Source: Candidatus Nanohaloarchaea archaeon
Lineage (GTDB): Archaea; Nanohalarchaeota; Nanosalinia; Nanosalinales; Nanosalinaceae
DNA length: 22,452 nucleotides
Assembly: GCA_042218325.1 (NCBI GenBank)
Contig: JBDGRE010000025.1
Span: 1 to 22,452 of the forward strand
Direction: 5' to 3'
Part shown: piece after piece, positions 8,843 through 17,202 of the stretch
Numbering within the stretch: the first letter of the stretch is position 1
Layout: every line of letters begins with the position of its first letter
The notes under the pieces: model-generated
Databases searched by the model: none
What the model was told of the DNA's origin: nothing
The model's input: the letters and a program-made list of their open reading frames with translations, nothing else
Program-made: the position numbers and the translations under genes

Positions 8843-8890
8843 AAAAGTTCCTCGACATCCACTTAAAGACTGGACAGCATCTCAGGGGCA

Positions 8891-10171
8891 GTGCTACTGG
8901 CGGATATCGACTACCTCGTCACGCAGAATCCTGACAGGGAGATACTTGAAGACGTCGATGTCTTGGTGAGGGACGGCGAGATAGCGGCGGTAGGCCGCGA
9001 CATCTCCGCGGACGGCGAGGTCATCGATTTTTCTGGAAAGGCCGTGATACCGGGCCTCGTGAACGCACATACCCACGCACCGATGACCCTGCTCCGCGGC
9101 ATATCGGACGACAAGCCTCTGCAGGACTGGCTCAAGGAGGACATATTCCCCGCGGAAGAGAAACTCGACGAGGAGGACGCGTTTGTCGGGGCTTTGCTCG
9201 CCTGCTCGGAGATGCTCAAGACCGGTACCACCTGCTTCAACGAGATGTACTTCCACGTCGACGCGGTGGCGAAGGCGGTCAAGACAGCGGGCGTGCGCGC
9301 CGTTATAGGCCGGGGACTGACCGATATCGACGGCGGAAAAGAGGAGAAGATGGAGCAGGCACAGGGATTCATAGAGAGGAACCTGGACAGCTCCCTGGTA
9401 ACGCCATCCGTCGCGCCGCACTCGGTCTACACCTGCTCGGACGAGCTTCTCGTGGAGGCTAAACAGCTTGCAGAGCGGTACGGCCTGCTGTACCACATAC
9501 ACGTCTCCGAGACCCGCAGGGAAAACCTGGAGTTCCGCGTTGAGAAAGGAGGACCTACGCCGGTCCAGTACCTTTACCGGGAAGGCCTGCTCGACGGTAA
9601 CACGGTACTGGCCCACGGCACGCATCTTTCAGGAGAGGACCGGCAACGGGTAGCGGAATCGGGGGCAGGCGTCGCCCACAACCCGGCAGCCAACCTCAAG
9701 CTCGGTTCCGGCGTGGCAGGTGTAGCAGAGATGGTAGAGGACGGTATAGGTGTAGGTATAGGGACGGATGGCGCCGCATCCAACAACAGCATGAACCTGT
9801 TCGAGGAGGCTAAGCTCGCGTCGCTCCTCCAGAAAGAGCGTGACCCAAGGAAGCTTCCGGCCCAGAAAGTGCTCGACATGCTGACTATCGACGGGGCGCG
9901 GATGCTCGGTCTCGCCGGAGAGATAGGCTCCATAGAGCCGGGGAAGAAAGCGGACCTCGTGACGGTCTCTCTCGACAGGCCCGGCATGACTCCCCGTCAC
10001 GGGAAGAAAGGCCTTCTCTCGGATCTTGTTTTCTCGTTCAACGGCGAAGTCGAGGACGTGCTCGTCGACGGCAGGCAGGTTGTCAGGGAGGGAGAAATAC
10101 TCGGGTTGGATACGCGGAAACTCTCTGAAATGACGCAAAAGAAGGCGGAAGAGCTCTCCCCGGGACAGTGA
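8891..10171 (+). CDS. Metal-dependent amidohydrolase, MtaD-like (5'-methylthioadenosine/S-adenosylhomocysteine deaminase family)
   Basis: PGLVNAHTH, APHSVY, HIHVSE, LAHG, HNPAANLKL, GTDGAASNN and GKKADL; GTG start about 25 nt after CTTAAAG. The substrate is inferred. Confidence 0.85.
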   Translation: MLLADIDYLVTQNPDREILEDVDVLVRDGEIAAVGRDISADGEVIDFSGKAVIPGLVNAHTHAPMTLLRGISDDKPLQDWLKEDIFPAEEKLDEEDAFVGALLACSEMLKTGTTCFNEMYFHVDAVAKAVKTAGVRAVIGRGLTDIDGGKEEKMEQAQGFIERNLDSSLVTPSVAPHSVYTCSDELLVEAKQLAERYGLLYHIHVSETRRENLEFRVEKGGPTPVQYLYREGLLDGNTVLAHGTHLSGEDRQRVAESGAGVAHNPAANLKLGSGVAGVAEMVEDGIGVGIGTDGAASNNSMNLFEEAKLASLLQKERDPRKLPAQKVLDMLTIDGARMLGLAGEIGSIEPGKKADLVTVSLDRPGMTPRHGKKGLLSDLVFSFNGEVEDVLVDGRQVVREGEILGLDTRKLSEMTQKKAEELSPGQ

Positions 10172-10212
10172 TAGCCTCATCGAGTGGTCGCAGGGAGGAC
10201 ATCTGACAGCTA

Positions 10213-10271
10213 TTTAAATGTAGCCCTGTAATCCATTGATAGTTGGTGTTTTAGCCACCGTTTCTTGGTGA
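10213..10271 (+). promoter_or_regulatory. TATA box and Shine-Dalgarno for psmB
   Basis: TTTAAAT at 10213-10219 and GGTGA at 10267-10271, 7 nt before the ATG. Confidence 0.55.
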
Positions 10272-10278
10272 GATAACA

Positions 10279-10920
10279 ATGCAGACGCAAGAAGTCGACA
10301 AGGACATGGACGAGATGAAAACAGGAACCACGACGCTAGGCGTAGTGACAGAAGAAGGTGTGATACTCGCCGCGGATAGAAGGGCAAGCATCGGGCACCT
10401 GGCGTCCTCGAAGAACGCCAAGAAAGTGTACAGGCTCGACGACTACATAGGCCTGACGATCGCCGGCAGCGTCGGCGACGCGCAGAAGATAGTAAGGATG
10501 ATGCGCTCCCAGCTCAAGCTCCACAAGCTTGAGACCAAGGAGCTGTCCGTGAAAGGAGCGGGAACACTGCTCGCGAACATACTGCACGGCCACAAGATGA
10601 TGCCGTTCATGGGCCAGTTCGTGCTCGGAGGCATCGACGATAACGGTGGAGTCCTATACGACCTTGACCCGCTTGGAGGTCTCATGGCGAACGAGAAGTT
10701 CACCGCAACGGGCTCGGGCTCGACCATGGCATACGGTCTCCTTGAGGACGCGTGGGAAGAAGGCATGGATCACGAGGAGGCGAAGGACCTTGCTGTGCGC
10801 GCGATACAGTCTGCCATGGAGCGTGACACCGCCTCCGGAGACGGCATAATGGTCGCCGAGATAACGGAGGAAGGGTTCGACCTGCTTCAGGAGAAGGAGA
10901 TAGAATCCCGGCTCGTATAA
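10279..10920 (+). CDS. psmB: Proteasome beta subunit
   Basis: Propeptide ending KTG|TTT (catalytic Thr1), AADRRAS, AGSVGDAQ, TGSGS and RDTASG. Confidence 0.97.
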   Translation: MQTQEVDKDMDEMKTGTTTLGVVTEEGVILAADRRASIGHLASSKNAKKVYRLDDYIGLTIAGSVGDAQKIVRMMRSQLKLHKLETKELSVKGAGTLLANILHGHKMMPFMGQFVLGGIDDNGGVLYDLDPLGGLMANEKFTATGSGSTMAYGLLEDAWEEGMDHEEAKDLAVRAIQSAMERDTASGDGIMVAEITEEGFDLLQEKEIESRLV

Positions 10921-10963
10921 GGACGGGTTCAAGCGAAAATTTATGAACGAAGGATAGATAGCT

Positions 10964-12844
10964 ATGGAAGAACTGGAAGACGTAAAGGAATTTCTGCCAC
11001 CAGGCGCAGAAGTAGAAGACATCAGGTTCGAGGCATCAGATATAGTGATATACACCTCGTCCAGAGAGTTTTTCCTTGACCACTCCGATACGGTCAAGGA
11101 GATGGTCTCCGAGCTGAAGAAACGTGTCGAGGTAAGGCCTTCAGGCAAGCTGTTCATGTCGCCAGAGAAGGCCGAAGACAAACTATACGACACCGTTCCG
11201 GAGAAGGCTAGCGTGGAGAACGTTATCTTCCAGCCGTCTCTCGGTAAGATGATAATCAGGGCCGAGAACCCGGGCGAAGTCATCGGCGAACACGGGTCCG
11301 GGCTCGACAGGATAAGAGAAAAGACGCTGTGGTCTCCGCAGGTCGAGAGAGTGCCGGCTATCGACTCGAAGATCGTTGACAGGGCACGTGAGCTGACCGT
11401 TGAGGACCCGGAGTTCAGGAAGGATTTCCTCCACGAGGTCGGAAAAGATATACGGCTGGAGAAATCCACCGGCGACGAATGGGTCCGTATATCTTCTCTT
11501 GGAGGTTTCAGGCAGGTCGGGAGGAGCTGTGTTCTTGTGCAGACCGAGGAATCGAACGTGCTGCTCGATGCCGGTATCAACCCTGCGGCGGAGCCTGGCA
11601 GCCAGGAGAACTATCCTTACCTCGACGCGCCGGAGCTCGACCTGCAGGATCTCGACGCGGTAGTGCTTTCACACGCGCACATGGACCACTGCGGCATGAT
11701 ACCGTACCTGTACAAGATGGGTTACGACGGCCCGCTTTACTGTACGGAACCGACCAGGGACATGATGATAATGCTCGCGCTGGACTACATCGGCATCGCA
11801 CACTCCGAGACCGCGGAGGCGCCGTACGACTCCAGCGCCATCAAGAAAGCTGTAAAACGTACTATAACGCCTGACTTCGGCGAGGTAACGGACATCACGC
11901 CGGATATAAGATTGACGCTGAAGAACTCGGGGCACATCCTTGGCTCCGCGCTGACGCACCTACATGTGGGGGAAGGCCTGCATAACATCCTTTACACAGG
12001 GGACTACAACTACGACAAATCGGAGATGCTGCGGCCCGCGGATACCAACTTCAAGCGGGTCGAGACCATGATAACCGAGTCGACCTACGGGGGGAAGGGT
12101 GACAGGCAGCAGCCGCGGGAAGAGGCCCAGAAGAAGTTCCTCTCCAAGGTGAAGCAGACGCTGAACAAGGGCGGCAAGGTCATCGTCCCGGTTTTCGCCG
12201 TCGGAAGATCGCAGGAGATACTCGGGCTTCTCTCGGATGAGCTGGACAGGAGCTACTTCGACTACCCTGTCTACCTCGACGGCATGATCAAGGACGCCAA
12301 CGCGCTCCACACAGCTTACCCGGAGTTACTGTCGAAGAAGGTGCAGAACAAGGTGTTCAGCGAGGAGGAGACCTCGCCTTTCATGCACGACCAGCTGCAC
12401 TCTATCGGCTCCCACAGTGAACGCGAAAAAGTATTCGGGGAAGGCCCGTGCGTCATACTGACTACCTCTGGTATGCTTACCGGCGGCCCGGTGCTCTCCT
12501 ACCTGAAAGAGTTCGCGCCGGACGAGAAGAACGCCATGATATTCGTCGGTTACCAGGCCTCAGGCACGCTCGGGAACAAGATACAGAACGGCCGTTCATC
12601 GGTCAATATCGACAACCAGCGCGTCGATGTCAATCTTGATGTGTCGACGGTCAGCGGTTTCTCGGCGCACAGCGACAGGCAGCAGATAATCAACTACTGC
12701 AAGAACCTCCGCTCATCGCCGGATGAAGTTCTCTGCAACCACGGGGAGGAGTCCAAGTGCTTCTCACTCGCATCGACTCTCCACAAGGTGCTGCATATAG
12801 ACACTGAGGCGCCGCAGAACATGGATGTCACCCGGGTACACTGA
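10964..12844 (+). CDS. fttA: aCPSF1 / transcription termination factor FttA (KH + metallo-beta-lactamase + beta-CASP ribonuclease)
   Basis: N-terminal KH region (PGEVIGEHG), LGGFRQVGRS, HAHMDH, GHILGS, ESTYG, FAVGRSQE, FSAHSD and HGE; the position after psmB is conserved in archaea. Confidence 0.95.
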   Translation: MEELEDVKEFLPPGAEVEDIRFEASDIVIYTSSREFFLDHSDTVKEMVSELKKRVEVRPSGKLFMSPEKAEDKLYDTVPEKASVENVIFQPSLGKMIIRAENPGEVIGEHGSGLDRIREKTLWSPQVERVPAIDSKIVDRARELTVEDPEFRKDFLHEVGKDIRLEKSTGDEWVRISSLGGFRQVGRSCVLVQTEESNVLLDAGINPAAEPGSQENYPYLDAPELDLQDLDAVVLSHAHMDHCGMIPYLYKMGYDGPLYCTEPTRDMMIMLALDYIGIAHSETAEAPYDSSAIKKAVKRTITPDFGEVTDITPDIRLTLKNSGHILGSALTHLHVGEGLHNILYTGDYNYDKSEMLRPADTNFKRVETMITESTYGGKGDRQQPREEAQKKFLSKVKQTLNKGGKVIVPVFAVGRSQEILGLLSDELDRSYFDYPVYLDGMIKDANALHTAYPELLSKKVQNKVFSEEETSPFMHDQLHSIGSHSEREKVFGEGPCVILTTSGMLTGGPVLSYLKEFAPDEKNAMIFVGYQASGTLGNKIQNGRSSVNIDNQRVDVNLDVSTVSGFSAHSDRQQIINYCKNLRSSPDEVLCNHGEESKCFSLASTLHKVLHIDTEAPQNMDVTRVH

Positions 12845-12931
12845 CTGTTGTACCTATAGGATACATCATAGGTTTACTCATAAGCATGTCTTCCGCAATG
12901 CACGTTACGCCTCTGGGGAGGGGATCGACTT

Positions 12932-13234
12932 ATGCCAAAAGGTTTCGATGTCTACAAGAGCAGGATGGAGGACTGGGAGCTTCTGGAGAGGAAACAGGCC
13001 TTCGCTGAGAGGGGTGTACCCGTGGAAATCGATTACGGCAGAGATTTCGCCTATGTAGCCTTTCCGACCTCTTACAGCGACCAGGTGAACGGAGAGGTCG
13101 AAGATATGCGGCTGGTTAGGGAGAACGCCGACGAAGCCTTCGTGACCTCCTGGCTGAATCTCCGTGAGAGGGAGCTTGCGAGGCTCAACGGCGAATTCGA
13201 TGCTGTGGAAGCGCTTGAGGCCTCTGCTGACTAG
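12932..13234 (+). CDS. Hypothetical protein (100 aa)
   Basis: ATG preceded by GGAGGGG; acidic composition; fills the gap between neighbours; no family recognised. Confidence 0.6.
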   Translation: MPKGFDVYKSRMEDWELLERKQAFAERGVPVEIDYGRDFAYVAFPTSYSDQVNGEVEDMRLVRENADEAFVTSWLNLRERELARLNGEFDAVEALEASAD

Positions 13235-13237
13235 ACA

Positions 13238-13260
13238 ACCTTTTTTACCCTTCTTTTTCT
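13238..13260 (+). terminator. U-rich tract: probable terminator and/or TATA element for the next gene
   Basis: AACCTTTTTTACCCTTCTTTTTC lies just after the stop at 13234 and about 25 nt before the ATG at 13271. Confidence 0.4.
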
Positions 13261-13270
13261 ACTGTTAGAT

Positions 13271-13513
13271 ATGGTATACGAGAAGGAATGCGCGGAATGC
13301 GGCAAACTGATAGACTTCGGCGGTAGAGACCGTGAAAGGCTGCCGGAGAACGCTGTCGAGTTCGATGGCAAGATATACTGCAGGGAGTGCGTAAAGGACT
13401 TCGTCCAGTTCGGTACCGGTGACGTCATGGCCCGTATAGAAAAGATAGAGGAGGCGCTGAAGGAGATAGAGGACGAACTCGGCCTGGAGCGCCACCTCGA
13501 CATGTCAGGATAG
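13271..13513 (+). CDS. Small Cys4 zinc-finger protein with C-terminal short coiled coil
   Basis: CAECG...FDGKIYCRECV, followed by the heptad-like ARIEKIEEALKEIEDEL. Confidence 0.75.
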   Translation: MVYEKECAECGKLIDFGGRDRERLPENAVEFDGKIYCRECVKDFVQFGTGDVMARIEKIEEALKEIEDELGLERHLDMSG

Positions 13514-13533
13514 AATAAGAGAGAAAAGAGGTT

Positions 13534-14037
13534 TCAGGCCTCGAGTTCCTGGTCGAACTCTCGTACCTGGTGCTTGAACTTGAGTAGCAGGTCCTCTGTC
13601 TGCGAAAGAGACTCCTCGAGAGACTGCTTCTCGTCCTGGAGGTCGCTTACCTTTCTCTCCAGGGAGTGCTTCTCCGTCTCGACCTCGGCCTTCTCGTCCT
13701 TCATGCTCTGCAGCTCGTCCTGCAGCTCCTTGATCTCTTCTTCCTTGTCGTCTATACGTTCCTGCAGCTTCTCTCGCGTGGAGCGTAGGTCGTCGACGGT
13801 GTCCTCGAGCTCCTCCTTCTCGTTCTTCAGTTCCCGGACCTTGTCCTGCAGGCGCTCCATCTCCTGCTTGATGTCAAGCGCCTCGTCGGCCTCATCCTGG
13901 AAACGGTCGATAAGCGCGTTAAGTTCCTTCGCGCGCTGGTGCGGATGTTCCTGTCCCTCGTGCACGTTTCTTCCTTTTTCGCTGTCGAACTCGTCCCCGC
14001 AGATAGGGCACTGGTACGTTACGTCATCGTCAGAAAT
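13534..14037 (-). CDS. C2H2 zinc finger + long coiled-coil protein (apparent ATT start)
   Basis: The frame extends 24 codons above the ORF-track GTG to give (I)SDDDVTYQCPICGDEFDSEKGRNVHEGQEH. AGGTGA lies 6 nt before the ATT at 14037 and an in-frame TGA closes the frame just upstream. The rest is an acidic heptad repeat. Confidence 0.8.
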   Translation of the reverse strand: MSDDDVTYQCPICGDEFDSEKGRNVHEGQEHPHQRAKELNALIDRFQDEADEALDIKQEMERLQDKVRELKNEKEELEDTVDDLRSTREKLQERIDDKEEEIKELQDELQSMKDEKAEVETEKHSLERKVSDLQDEKQSLEESLSQTEDLLLKFKHQVREFDQELEA

Positions 14038-14067
14038 CTTTAATCACCTTATAGTAAAACCCTGTAA

Positions 14068-14406
14068 TTACTCGTTTTTAAACTTTTGCGCCCTCTTGAG
14101 CGATTTTATGGCCTCGCTGATCTGGGAGTCAAGGTCATCGAGATCCGTGCCGTGTGACAGTTTCAGCTTCTTCTCGTGGACGATATCCGAGGGGCTCCAC
14201 TGCCCCGGGTAGTCGTAGTCATTGTCGTCCCAGTCGAAGTCGTCCAGCTCCTCCACGATGATAGTCTCCAGCTTCTCCACGAGCTGCACCAGCTTCTCGT
14301 TCGCCTCTTCGAGCTTCTCGTTCTCGGTCCTGAGTTCCTCTATCTTCTCCTGGCCCTTCTCCAGGGTGTCCAGAATGTAGACGTAGTCCTTGTCACCGGT
14401 CTCCAT
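14068..14406 (-). CDS. Hypothetical coiled-coil protein (112 aa)
   Basis: N-terminal heptads (LEKGQEKIEELRTENEKLEEANEKL), an acidic-aromatic linker (DDFDWDDNDYDY) and a C-terminal helix; TTAAAT about 25 nt upstream. Confidence 0.7.
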   Translation of the reverse strand: METGDKDYVYILDTLEKGQEKIEELRTENEKLEEANEKLVQLVEKLETIIVEELDDFDWDDNDYDYPGQWSPSDIVHEKKLKLSHGTDLDDLDSQISEAIKSLKRAQKFKNE

Positions 14407-14446
14407 AACCGTTGCTTCGGGAAAAGAGGATTTAATGGTGTCGGCT

Positions 14447-15079
14447 CTACCGGTAAACTATCCTGATGTTGTCGCCGTCACGGACCATATAGCTCTCCGG
14501 GTTCTCGATCTCCTGACCGTTGACCTTGACCGTCAGGTTTCCTGGTTCCTCCGAGCCGGGACAGCTCTCCGGCTCCGTGTAACCCATGATTCCGGAGTTC
14601 GAGAACTGGCCGCCGAGCTGGTCTACAATCCAGTCGAGGGTGGCCTGCTCCCTGCTCTGCCTGACGCCTTCGAGGTGGAAACGTGTCTCCCCGTGTGTGT
14701 GGGCGAGGATAGGCCCGCCCTGCAGCGTCTTGCTGTCGCCGCACACCTTTATCGTGTAGGGCGCGTGCCAGTGAACCGGCTCGCCGACTCCTATAGAGGA
14801 GTTGGTCGGGCCGGATGCGAACACGTCCGTGTTCTGGTACGCGTAGAAACCTCCTGCCACGAGACCAATCGCGAGTACTGCGGCGGCAGCTGCTGTCTTC
14901 AGCTTCTGTTTCTTCTTCAGGCTGGCGACGCGGTCTTTCTCCTGCAGCTTGTTCAACCGGTTCTTCTTGTCATCTTTCTCGTGGCCGGACATATCGTCCG
15001 CGTGCTCGTCGAGCTCGTGCTCCAGTCTATCTTTCTCGGAGCTGAGCTCTTTGCTGCAGTAATCGCATCCTTCTGCCAT
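14447..15079 (-). CDS. C2H2-like finger + TM helix + His-motif extracytoplasmic domain protein
   Basis: CDYCSKELSSEKDRLEHELDEH, a basic patch, TM AAAAVLAIGLVAGGFYAY, then VHWHA, AHTHG, FHLEG and a beta-grasp-like tail VKVNGQ...YMVRDGDNIRIVY. Confidence 0.75.
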   Translation of the reverse strand: MAEGCDYCSKELSSEKDRLEHELDEHADDMSGHEKDDKKNRLNKLQEKDRVASLKKKQKLKTAAAAAVLAIGLVAGGFYAYQNTDVFASGPTNSSIGVGEPVHWHAPYTIKVCGDSKTLQGGPILAHTHGETRFHLEGVRQSREQATLDWIVDQLGGQFSNSGIMGYTEPESCPGSEEPGNLTVKVNGQEIENPESYMVRDGDNIRIVYR

Positions 15080-15094
15080 CTATATTTATTTGCC

Positions 15095-15145
15095 TGCGGG
15101 ACAATTAAATAGGTTTGAAATCTCTACCACCACGCTTTTTATTGA
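15095..15145. promoter_or_regulatory. Divergent promoter region
   Basis: Minus strand TTTAATTG about 25 nt before the ATG at 15079; plus strand CTTTTTATT about 25 nt before the ATG at 15165. Confidence 0.5.
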
Positions 15146-15164
15146 GCATAGAGTGGTTTAACTC

Positions 15165-15926
15165 ATGGCAGAGTACCCCAGTCTCGACGGAAGGACAGCT
15201 ATCGTAACCGGGGCCGCATCCGGTATCGGCCGTGGGATAGCCCTCAAATTCTCCGAGAACGGCGCGAACGTTGTAGTCGCGGACATCGACTCCGAGCCCA
15301 ACCAGGGCGGGACGCCAACTCATGAGGAAGCGGAAAGCGCCGTCTTCGTCGAGACCGACGTCAGCGATGAAGAGTCGGTGCAGGAACTTGTGTACCGGGC
15401 CGCGGAGGAGTTCGGCAGTATCGACATCCTCGTGAACAACGCCGGCATCCACTTGCCCGGCAGCGTAACTGATACAGATGAAGAGGGATGGGACCAGACC
15501 ATTGATGTCAACCTGAAAGGGGTATTCCTCTGCAGCAAGCACGTCATAGAACACATGGAGCAAGAGGGAATAGAGGGCGATATAGTCAACATCGGCAGCA
15601 TCGCGGGCCTTGTCGGCTACGGCGAGAACGCGGCCTACTGCGCCTCGAAAGGAGGAGTGGTGGAGCTCACAAGAGAGATGGCTCTCGATTACGGCGGCGA
15701 CGGTATAAACGTGAACGCGGTCGATCCGGGCGTTATCAAGACGGCGATGACGGAAGAGATGAGAGAAGACCCCGACGTCCAGCAGTTCATCGAGTCGAAC
15801 ACTGTCGCACCGCGACTCGGGGAGCCGGGGGACATCGCCGAGGCCGTCGCGTTCCTTGCCTCGGGAAGCAGCGACTTCGTGATGGGAGAGAACCTTGTAG
15901 TAGACGGGGGCTGGACGGCGAAATAA
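15165..15926 (+). CDS. Short-chain dehydrogenase/reductase (classical SDR, probably NAD-dependent)
   Basis: TGAASGIG, VADI (acidic residue suggests NAD), NNAG, catalytic S...YCASK, PGVIKT and VDGG. Confidence 0.93.
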   Translation: MAEYPSLDGRTAIVTGAASGIGRGIALKFSENGANVVVADIDSEPNQGGTPTHEEAESAVFVETDVSDEESVQELVYRAAEEFGSIDILVNNAGIHLPGSVTDTDEEGWDQTIDVNLKGVFLCSKHVIEHMEQEGIEGDIVNIGSIAGLVGYGENAAYCASKGGVVELTREMALDYGGDGINVNAVDPGVIKTAMTEEMREDPDVQQFIESNTVAPRLGEPGDIAEAVAFLASGSSDFVMGENLVVDGGWTAK

Positions 15927-15944
15927 GAAATCGTGGTATGTCTT

Positions 15945-16310
15945 TTACTGGTCCTCGACCTGGTCGCCGCTTCTCTCGATACGGGCGTAGCCGGGACAGA
16001 CGACTATCCAGTCTTCGTCGACGCCGGCCATGTCGCCCTCAATATTCTTGACGGTCTTCTTCAGGCGCTTGACCGCGCGCTTGAGGTCTGTCATGTCCTT
16101 GCCTTTCAGCGGTGCGATGTTTATCCATACGATGTGGTCGTTCCTTAGGTGCTCCTGTATGCCGTCGACATCACCGAACTCTTCGAGGGTTGCGGCCCGG
16201 ATGACCACCTGGTCGTCACCTTCCGCCATCTCTGCGTCAAGTTCGACGAAATCGTCCTCTATTACCTGTTCCTCGGATCTGCTGTCCGACTTGAGAAAAT
16301 CGAGCGCCAT
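15945..16310 (-). CDS. sepF: Cell division protein SepF (archaeal FtsZ membrane anchor)
   Basis: Short N-terminal amphipathic segment MALDFLK, acidic linker, and core ...LRNDHIVWINIAPL...LKRAVKRLKKTV..IEGDMAGV..DWIVVCP. Confidence 0.85.
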   Translation of the reverse strand: MALDFLKSDSRSEEQVIEDDFVELDAEMAEGDDQVVIRAATLEEFGDVDGIQEHLRNDHIVWINIAPLKGKDMTDLKRAVKRLKKTVKNIEGDMAGVDEDWIVVCPGYARIERSGDQVEDQ

Positions 16311-16382
16311 AATTTTTCTTACCTCTTGGTTATAAGCAGTTCTCTCATCTTTTTATAGCTTTTAGTCCCGCTGCCCCCGCCA

Positions 16383-16631
16383 TCAATCTGTAAGGCCCTC
16401 TACCTTTGAGGCCAGGTTCCATATCTCGGTACGAGTGTGCTGCTTGATGTTAGGGTCGTTCGATATCTGGTCGAGAAGCGACGCCGCCGTATTTACGCGG
16501 ACGGAAAGATCTTTGTCGTCGTCCTCCAGCTTGTCGGCCGCGTCTTTCAGCATCTCCGAAACGTTGGAAGGCATAGAACTGTCGGATGCGAGGTCTCTCA
16601 TCCTCGCCGTGACAGAATCAAGGTTCGGCAT
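16383..16631 (-). CDS. UPF0147 family protein
   Basis: DSSMPSNV...LSVRVNTAASLLDQISNDPNIKQHTRTEIWN matches the archaeal UPF0147 pattern. Confidence 0.85.
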   Translation of the reverse strand: MPNLDSVTARMRDLASDSSMPSNVSEMLKDAADKLEDDDKDLSVRVNTAASLLDQISNDPNIKQHTRTEIWNLASKVEGLTD

Positions 16632-16642
16632 GAGGCCATCAC

Positions 16643-16978
16643 CTATCCCATCATCCCCTGCGAGAACTTCTCGCGGGTTTCCTCTACGTCTTCCTCGATA
16701 CGGTCCTGTTTCTTCTCCAGGCTCTTCTTCCTTACCTCAAGGTCCTCGACCTTCTCCTCAAGCTCGTCCCTGAGTTCGTCGCGGTCTTTCTGGACGAATA
16801 TAGAACCTATCGAACGGTACACGTCGCCACCGTTCTCATCCTCGAGCTCGTCAAGAGCGCGCTGCGCTTCCTGCAGTTCTTCCTCGGTTTCCTCTTTCTG
16901 TACGACTATCTGCTGGAGCTGCTGCTGTTTCTGCTGCATCTCCATTATCATCTGCTGTGCTTCTTCCTGGTCTGTCAT
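16643..16978 (-). CDS. pfdB: Prefoldin beta subunit
   Basis: Two coiled coils around the hairpin VYRSIGSIFV; expected superoperon position; AGGTGAT Shine-Dalgarno. Confidence 0.92.
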   Translation of the reverse strand: MTDQEEAQQMIMEMQQKQQQLQQIVVQKEETEEELQEAQRALDELEDENGGDVYRSIGSIFVQKDRDELRDELEEKVEDLEVRKKSLEKKQDRIEEDVEETREKFSQGMMG

Positions 16979-16982
16979 AGTA

Positions 16983-17201
16983 TCACCTTGTGATTATCTT
17001 TTCCGCGAGCATGGACAGCCTGAAAGCAGTGTCCGTCGCGCCTCTCAGCGGGCCGAGCCCGCCTGTCTCAATACTTATCTCGAGTTCAATTTTCTCTGTC
17101 TGGAGCTGGTAGCTGACCCGTTCGTCCGTGGTGAGACTGGGTTTCAGCACCCCGTGGAGCACGGAAGGCTTCTCCGGCTCTATCTCCAGCGTCGTTTTCA
17201 T
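16983..17201 (-). CDS. pcc1: KEOPS complex subunit Pcc1
   Basis: 72 aa with LKP...LEISIET..LGPLRGATDTAFRL; lies between rpo12 and pfdB as in other archaea. Confidence 0.75.
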   Translation of the reverse strand: MKTTLEIEPEKPSVLHGVLKPSLTTDERVSYQLQTEKIELEISIETGGLGPLRGATDTAFRLSMLAEKIITR

Positions 17202-17202
17202 C

